Positions 13,393 to 23,779 of a stretch of 33,507 nucleotides of DNA are shown piece after piece; within the stretch, counting starts at the first letter, position 1; every line of letters begins with the position of its first letter. The notes beneath the pieces are model-generated. The model was given only the letters and a program-made list of their open reading frames with translations. It was not told the DNA's origin and did not search any database. The position numbers were made by a program, and so were the translations under genes. The DNA is from Macrostomum lignano (taxonomy: Eukaryota): contig NIVC01003884.1 in the NCBI GenBank assembly GCA_002269645.1, positions 1-33,507 of the forward strand, written 5' to 3'.

Positions 13393-13577
13393 TCAGCCTC
13401 GCCTTTTCCAAGTGCAGCAGCCTTATTGGCGCATCCAAATTTTGTTTTAATTTAATGATTTGAGCCCCCGCAGGCGCATTCGTTGCGCCATTAATAAGGA
13501 GATATTTTTTCTGCATCCTGTAGTCTGCAACATCTTCTTAAATTGAAAGAAGATTTGTTTCAACAGCGACAGCAGAC

Positions 13578-14009
13578 ATGGATAATGGCGGACCGCTATC
13601 GAACGGGCCAATGTCCAATGGTCCGCTGTCAAACGGTCCCCTGTCCAACATGTCCGCCCAGCACTCGGACAGCGGATCCAGTCGGTCGACTGTTCGCAAA
13701 CTTGAAGACTGGCAGTTGCCAAGCGTGCTGTATTTTCTAGTTTATCATAAGCGCAGATTTCGATTCGCCAAGGTCAGACTGACGGATCTGGAACGGGTGC
13801 TGGACAGCGCCGATACCAGTGCCGTTCGCGACATCCTGGCTAGAATGCTTCGCGTCATGCGCAGCGGCGATCCCAACGTTACCATGGCCAATGCGGAGCG
13901 CCAGCTGGCTCTGTACTTCCAGGAGAAGCGGCCGCATATTGCGAAACTGTTGGGCGCTAATAAGCTGGACGATCTCAGCTTTGAGTCTAAGGCTCGGCTG
14001 CTTAAGAAG
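13578..14009 (+). CDS. Exon 1: DDT domain and start of WHIM1
   Basis: DWQLPSVLYF...FRF...DLERVL...D..VRDILARML...NVT aligns by eye with CECR2 WWEVPAIAHF...FRL...ELEAAL...D..ISDLIACLL...DIT. Donor AAG|GTAATT. Confidence 0.85.
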
Positions 14010-17000
14010 GTAATTAGCGCGTTTGAAATGCGGCTTGTTTGACTTTCTACTGGTAGTTTGGTGGATTTATTAATAGATTAAACGATTGATAAATTGATAG
14101 ATTAGTAGAGTGATAGATTGATAGATTAGTAGATAGATTGATAGATTAGTAGATTGGTTGGTAGATTGATAGATTCGTAGATCGATAGATTAGTAGATCG
14201 ATAGATTGGTAGATTGACAGATTGGTAGATTAGTAGGTTGATAGGTTGATCGATGGAAAGATTGGTAGATTGATAGATTGGTAAACTAATAGATTGGGAG
14301 ATTGATAGAATAATAAATCGGTAGATTGACAGATTGGTAGATTGATAGATAGGTAGATTGGTAGATAGGTAGATAGATAAATTGATAGATTGGCAGACTA
14401 AAAAAGTTTTTTGAGTGTCTGTCAAATTGACCAACTAATTAGCTTGTTGGGCTCTCAACTCTTCCAATTCGCTAAGCCAATTCAATTCAATTCAATTCAA
14501 TGTTCCAGGTGATCGACTACCTAAACGATGACGTCATCCCAGGCTGGGAGATGCAGGACATGAAGTACGAGCCGCAACAGTCGGCCCAGGACGACACCGG
14601 CCAGGTTGCCATCAACTGCGGCATCGACTCGCGCAATCGGCGACATTTCTACCTGGACGATCACCGACTGTACAGGCAGCGGCTTGGCGAAAGCGGCTCC
14701 GGCGGTGTCGGCAGTAGCGGCGTTGGAGGAGGCGGCGCCGGCAGCGTCGGAAACGGCGGCGGAGGCTCCAGCAACGGCAGCTCCGCCGGCGGCCAGTCGA
14801 ATTCGTCGCACCAGGTGTACGAGATCGTGGTCGGTCCGTGCGCCGAGGAGTGGGAGCGGTTCACCGCCCGCATGACGGCGTCGAAGAACGAGAACGAGCG
14901 GGACATGGGCGTGTTCCTGCAGTCCTGCCTGCTCGAGCTGGTCATCGACGAGATGAAGCAGGGCTGCCATCTGCATGGCAACGAAGAGCTGCATCCGGTT
15001 CGGTTGATCCGAATGGAGCGCCTGCACTGCAGGGAGCTGCGATTGGCTAGGAAGGAGCCTGTGCCGGCCGATGAAGAAGAGGAAGCTGGACGAGCAACTC
15101 CGCCGATTCAGCAGCCTGGTAGCGGAGGCTGCGGCTCGAATCCTGGCTCGAATTGCAGCGCATCTGCTGCTGCTGCTGCTTCTGCGCAAACTCAGCAACA
15201 GCAGCAGTTCCCGGTGAATACCGCTGCAGCTCCTATTGAGACCAGCCCGGCCGGCTATCGACAGGTGGCCTCGCGAGATCCCAGGGTGAGCATTTGTACC
15301 CTTTCTAATGGGCAGCATTGTTGTTACTTTATTGGGAGAATGGGATAACGTTATCTTCTAGGCTGAGATTTCCTGATCTCATGGGCTGAGATTTCCTGAT
15401 CTCATGGGCTGAGATTTCCTGATCTCATGGGCTGAGATTTCCTGATCTCATGGGCTGAGATTTCGTGATCTCATGGGCTGAGACTTCCTGAATCCTGATC
15501 TCATGGGCTGAAGTTTCCTGATCTCATGGGCTGAGATTTCGTGATCTCATGGGCTGAGACTGCCTGGTCTCATGGGTTGAGATTTCCTGATCTCATGGGT
15601 TGAAATTTCTGATTTTCATAATTAGAAATTTTATACTCATATAGGTTGAGATTTCGTAGCCTCGCGTGGCCAGAGATTTTTTGTCACCTAATTGCCCATT
15701 TTTAATATTTTCGTCGCAATGTTTCTTGCTTTGTATTATCCAATTCTTTTAATAATATCGTACGACTCTACTGTGAGTAGTAGATAAATTTACTTTCGCA
15801 AACAGTTTTCTTTCATTACGAATTTCTTTCAGCAGCAGCAGCAGATTACGCAGCCTCCGTACGCACCGCAAACAGCAACTGACTTTGTTGCACCAGCTGA
15901 CCGCCAGCAGATGCAGCTGCCGCAGCAGCAGCAGTTTGTTGCTAATTCCCCTGCTTCCAGTTATTGCCCGCCCGAGTCTATGGTATGGCTGCTATTCTAA
16001 TAATTCCAGCCACCCGCTGTTCTAATCATTCCTGTCTTTTTTTATTCCCCACTCCATAAAGATTCCCCTTCATAAAGATTCCCTTGATTCTCCCCTCCAT
16101 GAGGATTCCCCTTCATAAAGATTCCCCTTGATTCTCCCCTCCATGAGGACTCCCCTTCATAAAGATTCCCCTTGATTCTCCCCTCCATGAGGATTCTCCT
16201 TGATTCTCCCCTCCATGAGGATTCCCCTTCATAAAGATTCCCCTTGATTCTCCCCTCCATGAGGATTCCCCTTGATTCTCCCCTCCATGAGGATTCCCCT
16301 TGATTCTCCCCTCCATGAGGATTCCCCTTGATTTTCCCCTCCAATGAGCATTCCCCTCCATGAGGTTTCCCCTTGATTCTCCCCTCCAATGAGGATTCCC
16401 CTCCATGAAGATTCCCCTTGATTCTCCCTTCCATGAAGATTCCCCTTAATTCTCCCCTCCATGAAGATTCCCCATTGGTTCTCCTCCATGAGGCTTGATT
16501 CTCCCCTCAATGAGGATTTCCCTTTAATGCTTCCCTCCCTCTATTCCCTCTATGTTTTCCGTCTTCAGCCCTTCTTTCTGAGAAAAGACACTAAAAATCT
16601 TCATAAAAATCCTTGCTTAGCTACTCACATAGTAGTGCGCGCCTGTAGCCGCCGAACTAGCACGAGTCGCACGACTTTCAACAATTTCAGCACTACCTGT
16701 CAGCTTCTCCGCCCTGGCAGCAGCAGCCGCAGCAGCCAGCAGTGCCGCCCCAAGCATCCAGGTCCCAGCCTCAGCAATACCCAATACCCAACGGCGGGCC
16801 CTGCCCAGCCTACTACTCCGCCAGTCACTATCAGTATCCAGCCAGGCAGCCGCCGCCGGTTCGCGTATTCGCCAGCCAGATGGCCAACGAGTGCAGCAGG
16901 CAGTGCGCGGCTAGCGGCCACTCAATGCGACCGGACCAGTGGCATCAGGCTTGGCTAGATAGGCAACAGTTGCCATGGATACAGGATCAGCGGGCTCAGC

Positions 17001-19445
17001 CTTCGGCTCTTCATCATCATCATCCTCAGCAACAGCAGCAGCAGCCGCCTCCGCCTCCATCATCGCCAGCTGGCGGCATCACGGCTGAGCAGCAGCGCAA
17101 ACGGGAGGAGAAAATCCAGCGAATAATGCAAATTGGCCAGTCTGCCGGCCTGGCACCGCAGCAGATGCAGCCGCCTCCGCCGCCGCCTTCTCAGCTGCAT
17201 TCGCATCCTCCTGACAATGTCAGCTTTCCTCAGTATCACCATCAGTATCCGCATGCCGTGATGATGAATCATGCTCGTCTGCCTCCGCAGCAGCAGCCGC
17301 CTCCGGTGCCTCCGCCACCTACAGCAGCGATTGCTCAGCCAGCCCCAGGCGGCAAGCGTCAGCATCCCTATGCTCAGCCTACAACCTTGAATACTGCAGC
17401 TACTACTTCTAGTAGCACGCCAACGCCTGCCGCCGCTCCTAAGCCGGCTTCTGGAGCCAGCAAGAGACGAAAGAAAGATCAACAGCAGAAGCAGCAACAG
17501 CAGCAGCAGCAGCAACAAGATGTGAAGCCGCCGTCAGGCCTGGCACTGGAGCAGTCAGTCGCATCAATCGGGACAAGCAGCTCCAGCAGCTCTGCATCTA
17601 CCAACATCACCAGCGCCAGCTTGGCCAGTTTAGCCAAGCTGAGCAAAGATGTGCCAGTAATGGGCGTGCCATTCCAGTCTATTGGTATGACTAATAATAA
17701 TCATCTTCATCAAAATCATCAATATAGTCCTCAGCAGCAGTCTCAGCCTCAGCATCAGCCTTCGCCACAAAATCAACAACAACAACAGCCACAACAACCA
17801 ATGGTTGTTAACAATACGTTTGTCAATGCCCAGTTAAATGTTCAACAATTGAATTATCAATCTGTTAACGGAGTTGGAGCGCAAGCGCACATGCAGGTTG
17901 GTTACGCTTTGGGGTGATTTATTGGCTTTATAAGTGTCAGATCATTGCAGGGAATATCTTAGAAGAGTGTACTTTACTAAGATGCATGCAAGGAGGGTCC
18001 AGGTTATAAAAAATCCATCTTGTTGTACTTAGATAGTCAATTGGAAGTTCACTTTAGAAGAAACTATCGCCTTTGCGAGTAGCCTTTTAGATTCTTAGAT
18101 AATCGCCTTAAAGAATCGGCCTTTAGATTCTTAGATAATCGCCTTAAAGAATCGGCCTTTAGATTCTTAGATAATCGCCTTTGAGAATCTCCCTTTAGAT
18201 TCTTAGATAATCGCCTTTGAGAATCTCTCTTTGGATTCTTAGATAATCGCCTTTGAGAATCTCCCTTTAGATTCTTAGATAATCGCCTTTGAGAATCTCT
18301 CTTTGGATTCTTAGATAATCGCCTTTGAGAATCTCCCTTTAGATTCTTAGATAATCGCCTTTGAGAATCTCTCTTTGGATTCTTAGATAATCGCCTTTGA
18401 GAATCTCCCTTTAGATTCTTAGATAATCGCCTTTGAGAATCTCTCTTTGGATTCTTAGATAATCGCCTTTGAGAATCTCCCTTTAGATTCTTAGATAATC
18501 GCCTTTGAGAATCTCTCTTTGGATTCTTAGATAATCGCCTTTGAGAATCTCCCTTTAGATTCTTAGATAATCGCCTTTGAGAATCTCTCTTTGGATTCTT
18601 AGATAATCGCCTTTAAGAATCGGCCTTTAGATTCTTAGATAATCGCCTTTGAGAATCTCCCTTTAGATTCTTAGATAATCGCCTTTGAGAATCGGCCTTT
18701 AGATTCTTAGATAATCGCCTTTGAGAATCTCCCCTTTAGATTCCTAGATAATCGCCGTTGAGAAGCGCGGGTAATCTCATTGATCTCAATTTTCCTTTGC
18801 ACCCTGCCGCAGGTGCAGCAGGCAATGTCCTATCCAACAGTTCCGATGAGCAACCAGCCGCAGCAGCAGGAGCCGCCGCAGCAGCAGCAGCAGCAGCCTC
18901 AGACCAGCGCAGGTGTGCAAATCTCAGCTAAAAGCGCCAATACAATTCAGTACAGACCCAGCGGTAACCAGCAGACTCCGCAGCAGCAGCAGCAACAACA
19001 GCAGCAAAAGCAGCAACAGCAGCAGCCAGGTGTTGCTGCAGCCTCAGTAGCAGCCGCAGCGGCCGCATCGGCAGCAGCAGCAGCTTCATCAACCGCAAAA
19101 TCTGCTCAACAGCAGCAGAAACAGCAGCCTCAGCATCCGCAACAGCAAGTGCTGCATCAGTACACCGAGTACACGGGTCAGTATCTGGAATCTGGCTACC
19201 CCAACCAGCCGCATCACGTGATGATGCAGCAGCACCAGTATCATCATCATCAGCATCAGCAGCAGCACTTGGCGCCAGATTCTTCTTATAGCCATCAATA
19301 CCAGAGACAGATGTACTCAACCTCCTACGCCTCTGGTGGCTATCAGCAGCAGTTCTACCAGCCTCATCAGCAGCATCATCAGATGGCGATGCAGCAGAAT
19401 TATTCTCAACAGGCTGGGCCGCCGCAAACGCCTCAATATTTTTGA
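13578..19445 (+). CDS. BCL9: Five-exon gene, 1065 aa: CECR2/RSF1-type DDT-WHIM N-terminus plus BCL9/Legless-like HD1, HD2 and C-terminal motifs, Gln/Pro-rich. join(13578..14009,14509..15285,15833..15982,16691..17896,18813..19445)
   Basis: All four introns are GT-AG and phase 0, and the spliced frame is stop-free (3198 nt). Motif matches to remembered BCL9/Lgs and CECR2 sequences are given under the exons. The symbol reflects the C-terminal half only. Confidence 0.75.
14050..14400. repeat. Degenerate (GATT/GATA/GGTA)n tract filling intron 1
   Basis: Repeated GATTGATA/GATTGGTA/GATTAGTA 8-mers. Confidence 0.85.
14509..15285 (+). CDS. Exon 2: WHIM/WSD-like motifs, Gly/Ser and Gln/Ala low-complexity segments
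   Basis: YEP..CGIDSRNRRHFYLDDHRLYRQ and EEWERFTARM...ERDMGVFLQSCLLEL resemble CECR2 [24 protein letters not shown] and EEWRQVTESF...ERQLYKLLSEDFLPEI. Acceptor TTCCAG|, donor AGG|GTGAGC. Confidence 0.85.
15361..15612. repeat. 23-bp minisatellite (GGCTGAGATTTCCTGATCTCATG), ~10 copies, intron 2
   Basis: Period 23 at 15361->15384. Confidence 0.93.
15833..15982 (+). CDS. Exon 3 (50 aa, QQQQITQPPYAPQ...YCPPESM); not in the ORF track
   Basis: Acceptor TTTCTTTCAG|, donor ATG|GTATGG; 150 nt, open and phase 0 at both ends. The exact start is ambiguous because of CAGCAG tandem acceptors. Confidence 0.7.
16051..16522. repeat. Modular 28/44-bp minisatellite (CCATGAGGATTCCCCTTGATTCTCCCCT +/- TTCATAAAGATTCCCC), intron 3
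   Basis: Directly visible modular repeats. Confidence 0.9.
16691..17896 (+). CDS. BCL9: Exon 4: BCL9 HD1-like (16859..16945), HD2-like (17078..17140), NNTFVNAQLNVQQLN motif (17804..17866), polyQ/polyP
   Basis: VRVFASQMANECSRQCAASG...WH vs human HD1 VYVFSTEMANKAAEAVLKG...FH. ITAEQQRKREEKIQRIMQIGQ vs Lgs HD2 LTPQQRQHREEQLAKIKKMNQ (recalled). Acceptor TTTCAG|, donor CAG|GTTGGT. Confidence 0.85.
18086..18763. repeat. 36-bp minisatellite (TTAGATAATCGCCTTTGAGAATCTCCCTTTAGATTC), ~19 copies with an A/B alternating core, intron 4
   Basis: Directly visible; TCCCTTTAGATTC alternates with TCTCTTTGGATTC. Confidence 0.95.
18813..19445 (+). CDS. BCL9: Exon 5: VQISAKSANTIQYRP motif (18915..18959), Gln/Ala/His/Tyr-rich tail, stop TGA
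   Basis: The motif resembles the BCL9 TLQYFP / Legless NTIQYLP C-terminal motif (recalled). Acceptor CCTGCCGCAG|. Confidence 0.8.
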   Translation: MQQAMSYPTVPMSNQPQQQEPPQQQQQQPQTSAGVQISAKSANTIQYRPSGNQQTPQQQQQQQQQKQQQQQPGVAAASVAAAAAASAAAAASSTAKSAQQQQKQQPQHPQQQVLHQYTEYTGQYLESGYPNQPHHVMMQQHQYHHHQHQQQHLAPDSSYSHQYQRQMYSTSYASGGYQQQFYQPHQQHHQMAMQQNYSQQAGPPQTPQYF

Positions 19446-19775
19446 GATTCTCGACTATTAGATCGGCTTTTTTAAATCTGCGCTTTATTTACATACTACT
19501 GGCGTGTACAAATTTGTGAGTAGTATGTATTATACAAAAGCTATAATGCATATTTTTTCTTCCTATTACAAGTATTTGTTTGGCCTTTCTTGTATTCATA
19601 TAAAGATTGTGCTCAGAAACTGATTCACGACAATGTTCGCTGCCGCTTCCCTCCCTTCTGTTTGGCCAGATGGACAGGCCAGACCTGTCCTTCGTTTATC
19701 CGTCTGTGGAATTTTTATTCTGCGTATTTTTTTTTAACTAGCTGCGATTTTTATGAAAATTTGGCTTGCAGCTTC

Positions 19776-19857
19776 TTATGTATAGTAGCTATTGGTGGGG
19801 ATGCCATGGATCTCTTGGGCTCCGCTGGTGATCCTGATGACCTTCTTGCTGCCATTT
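19776..19857 (-). CDS. Possible terminal exon of an unidentified minus-strand gene ([26 protein letters not shown])
   Basis: 19 of 26 codons end in G/C within AT-rich surroundings. It begins at a CAG at the edge of the microsatellite. Upstream exons were not established. Confidence 0.25.
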
Positions 19858-19886
19858 CTGTCTGCCTGTCTGTCTGCCTGCCTGCC

Positions 19887-19979
<93 letters not shown>

Positions 19980-19984
19980 GTCTC

Positions 19985-20039
<55 letters not shown>

Positions 20040-20044
20040 GTCTC

Positions 20045-20107
<63 letters not shown>

Positions 20108-20110
20108 GCC

Positions 20111-20153
<43 letters not shown>

Positions 20154-20154
20154 T

Positions 20155-20249
<95 letters not shown>

Positions 20250-20254
20250 GTCTC

Positions 20255-20297
<43 letters not shown>

Positions 20298-20302
20298 GTC
20301 TC

Positions 20303-20349
<47 letters not shown>

Positions 20350-20352
20350 GCC

Positions 20353-20395
<43 letters not shown>

Positions 20396-20396
20396 T

Positions 20397-20487
<91 letters not shown>

Positions 20488-20514
20488 TTCTGTCTGTCTG
20501 TCTGTCTGTCTGTC
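19856..20514. repeat. (TCTG)n microsatellite, ~160 units
   Basis: Directly visible. Confidence 0.98.
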
Positions 20515-21290
20515 CATGTTCTCCACCCCTCCATCCGTCCTCCAGCACCGCTCAGTACTCAAGCCCCCAATTCGATCTCAAGCCAGAAGCCGCGCCGTTC
20601 TTCTGTCTGCCGCCTCCTCCCTCTGTTTTAGCACTTTTGGTGTTTTATCATTTTCTGCTTTAACTTGCTGCTGTCGACTTAGCTTTTTACTCGAAAATAT
20701 TAAAAGTGCTCACCATATGCTACTGTTAGTGAGATAGCGTCATTTTAAACATCAATTTCCCCCTACCAGTGTAAAATAACTTGTCTCTCTGCAAACATTT
20801 CAAGTGCTTGCGATTTCGTATTAAAACTTTACAAACGGTATTTATTTAATCGAAATATCATTGTTCAACTGTAATCTAGTATGGATTGAGTTGATAGACT
20901 AAAGTTTATTTTGACAAGTTTGTGTCAGGCTCCCCTCCCCTGATGTCCTACTGTCTCTGTCTTTTCTAAATTATACAGATTTATTAAAGATGGATTATGC
21001 ACTGCATCTGTAGCTCGTACTGTTATCTAGCTTTTATACTGTATAATATTTAATGTGTACTAATATCAGCGCATGCTAATCTTGAAGACAATGCGCCCTG
21101 CTTTCTGCTTCTTGGATATTTCAATTACTGGTATAGGTGAACATGCTGCGTCATCCTGTACTTTGCAAACTCATTTTTTATAAATTATAACTCTGCATTT
21201 TCTAATGAAAAACGTTACACCAATTCAATTTGAATTAGGCCTGTTATGGACTTGGTTATTTTTCTTGTTAAAGTTGTAAGTCGCGTCTTC

Positions 21291-22180
21291 TCTCTCTCTC
21301 CCTGCACCCACTGTCCTCTCACCCTGCACCCACTGTCCTCTCTCCCTGCACCCACTGTCCTCTCTCCCTGCACCCACTGTCCTCTCTCCCTGCACCCACT
21401 GTCCTCTCTCCCTGCACCCACTGTCCTCTCACCCTGCACCCACTGTCCTCTCTCCCTGCACCCACTGTCCTCTCTCCCTGCACCCACTGTCCTCTCTCCC
21501 TGCACCCACTGTCCTCTCTCCCTGCACCCACTGTCCTCTCACCCTGCACCCACTGTCCTCTCTCCCTGCACCCACTGTCCTCTCACCATGCACCCACTGT
21601 CCTCTCTCCCTGCACCCACTGTCCTCTCACCCTGCACCCACTGTCCTCTCTCCCTGCACCCACTGTCCTCTCTCCCTGCACCCACTGTCCTCTCTCCCTG
21701 CACCCACTGTCCTCCCACCCTGCACCCACTGTCCTCTCTCCCTGCACCCACTGTCCTCTCACCCTGCACCCACTGTCCTCTCTCCCTGCACCCACTGTCC
21801 TCTCTCTCTGCACCCACTGTCCTCCCTGCACCCACTGTCCTCTCTCCCTGCACCCACTGTCCTCTCTCCCTGCACCCACTGTCCTCTCTCCCTACACCCA
21901 CTGTCCTCTCTCCCTGCACCCACTGTCCTCTCACCCTGCACCCACTGTCCTCTCACCCTGCACCCACTGTCCTCTCTCCCTGCACCCACTGTCCTCTCTC
22001 TCTGCACCCACTGTCCTCTCTCCCTGCACCCACTGTCCTCTCTCCCTGCACCCACTGTCCTCTCACCCTGCACCCACTGTCCTCTCTCCCTGCACCCACT
22101 GTCCTCTCACCCTGCACCCACTGTCCTCTCACCCTGCACCCACTGTCATCTCCCTGCACCCACTGTCATCTCCCTGCACC
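21291..22180. repeat. 22-bp minisatellite (CCCTGCACCCACTGTCCTCTCW), ~40 copies
   Basis: Period 22; the spurious ORF repeats every 22 aa (3 units). Confidence 0.97.
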
Positions 22181-22769
22181 TCCTCCTATACTGCAACAGG
22201 TTTGGAACAGTAAAAACGAGGCTGCATAAGAAATGCTACATTCATCTAAAGTACACACAGAACTTCAACATGCAACATCAATAAGCGCATACCAAGTACA
22301 TTCTTCACGCGGTCATCAACTTTCTTGTGTAAGCATAAAAGTTGCTAATTTTTCACAGAGATGCTCAGAGAGCAATAAAACATCAATAGAATATGCCGCA
22401 CATTGGGCTTCAATTGATGACAGAAAAGCTTTTGTTTTCGATGCACGCACTGACACACCTTGCTAAGGTAAGGTTGGGTGCAATATTTCCAACCGGTAAT
22501 GTGCAAGTGTCACAGGTCACTTCGTTAGCCTACTGCTCTGTAACTCGGCTATGTTATTTCAAATGCTCCTGTATTTTTGTTTGAAAGTAGTTCGATTGGT
22601 GCAATCTCCATGCACCTCCATTGTGAAAGGAAGATTTGGAATGCATGATATAATGGAGCTTTATACTGCAATTCCCTGCAATAGTCGTATAATGCAGGGA
22701 CAGGACAGTGGGTGCAGGGAGAATAAGTGAATGAAGGGAGGTGCAGGGACAGTAAAGTGGATAAGGGAG

Positions 22770-23283
22770 TTGCAGTGAGGGGAGAGTGAAGTCAATGAAG
22801 GGAGGTGCAGAGAGAGTGAAGTGGATGAATAGAGGTGCAAAGAGAGTGAATTAGATGAAGTGAGGTGCAAGGAGGGTGAAGTGGATCAAGTGAGGTGCAG
22901 GGAGAGTGAAGTCGATGAAGGGAGGTGCAGAGAGAATGAAGTGGATGAAGGGAGGTGCAGAGAGAGTGAAGTGGATGAAAGGAGGTGCAGAGAGAGTGAA
23001 GTGGATCAAGTGAGGTGCAGAGAGAGTGAAGTGGATCAAGTGAGGTGCAGAGAGAGTGAAGTGGATCAAGTGAGGTGCAGAGAGAGTGAAGTGGATCAAG
23101 TGAGGTGCAGAGAGAATGAAGTCGATGAAGGGAGGTGCAGAGAGAGTGAAGTGGATCAAGTGAGGTGCAGAGAGAGTGAAGTGGATCAAGTGAGGTGCAG
23201 AGAGAATGAAGTGGATCAAGGGAGGTGCAGAGAGAATGAAGTCGATGAAGGGAGGTGCAGAGAGAGTGAAGTGGATGAAGGGA
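22770..23283. repeat. 30-bp minisatellite (GAAGTGGATCAAGTGAGGTGCAGAGAGAGT), ~17 copies
   Basis: The 10-aa period RCRESEVDQV in the spurious ORF equals 30 bp. Confidence 0.95.
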
Positions 23284-23779
23284 GCTGGTATCGGGGATAC
23301 AGTATGGGATGAGCAGGTGCAGTGCAGGCGGTGAGCGTGGAGGGTCAGGCAGTCATGAGTCATAGTCATAAATAAAGCGGAAAGAGCTTCGATTGTGGCA
23401 TAATGAAATTTAAGAATAAAATGAGACGGTGTGAACTCAATATTGGTGTGTGAACTGAAACCTACGCGATAGCGCAGAAGCGGCCTTAGAATGCGCAATA
23501 CTGAAAAGATCCAATCTATCACATATTCCACATCTCCCTTTCATAAGCCCATCATTGTACTTTCAAGGAACCTTCTGAGAATGCGCGGCCGGAAGCCCGC
23601 GCTGGCCGGAGATTGGCCGATGCGGAAGAAATGATGGAGCTGGAGCCCCGCTCTGGTTGCCCCACTCTCTCTCTCTCTCTCTCTCATTTATATTCTCCGT
23701 AGCTGGCCAGGCAGAGCTCAAACTCAAGAGAGAGTCTGTGCAAATAAAAACCTTGCTCTGCACGCTATTTCAACACAGA

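Noticed and set aside
11601-13463. 620-aa ORF
   Set aside because: It is a translation of the 39-bp array (unit divisible by 3, no stop in one frame). It is AT-rich and appears to lie inside an intron.
15286-16690. Bromodomain expected after a CECR2-type N-terminus
   Set aside because: No bromodomain-like exon was found in introns 2-3 or elsewhere in the window, so the gene was not called CECR2.
19590-20663. LSVC/QTDR and YLSI ORFs here and at 8525..9025, 10511..11086 and 31446..32034
   Set aside because: These are tetranucleotide microsatellite translations.
21215-23531. Repetitive ORFs (SPCTHCPL..., RCRESEVDQV...), likewise 29668..30219 and 16042..16510
   Set aside because: These are minisatellite translations with no unique coding context.
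23657-23779. N-terminal extension of the 559-aa ORF
   Set aside because: It has a non-ATG start and runs through a (CT)n tract; ATG 23780 marks the onset of coding-like composition.
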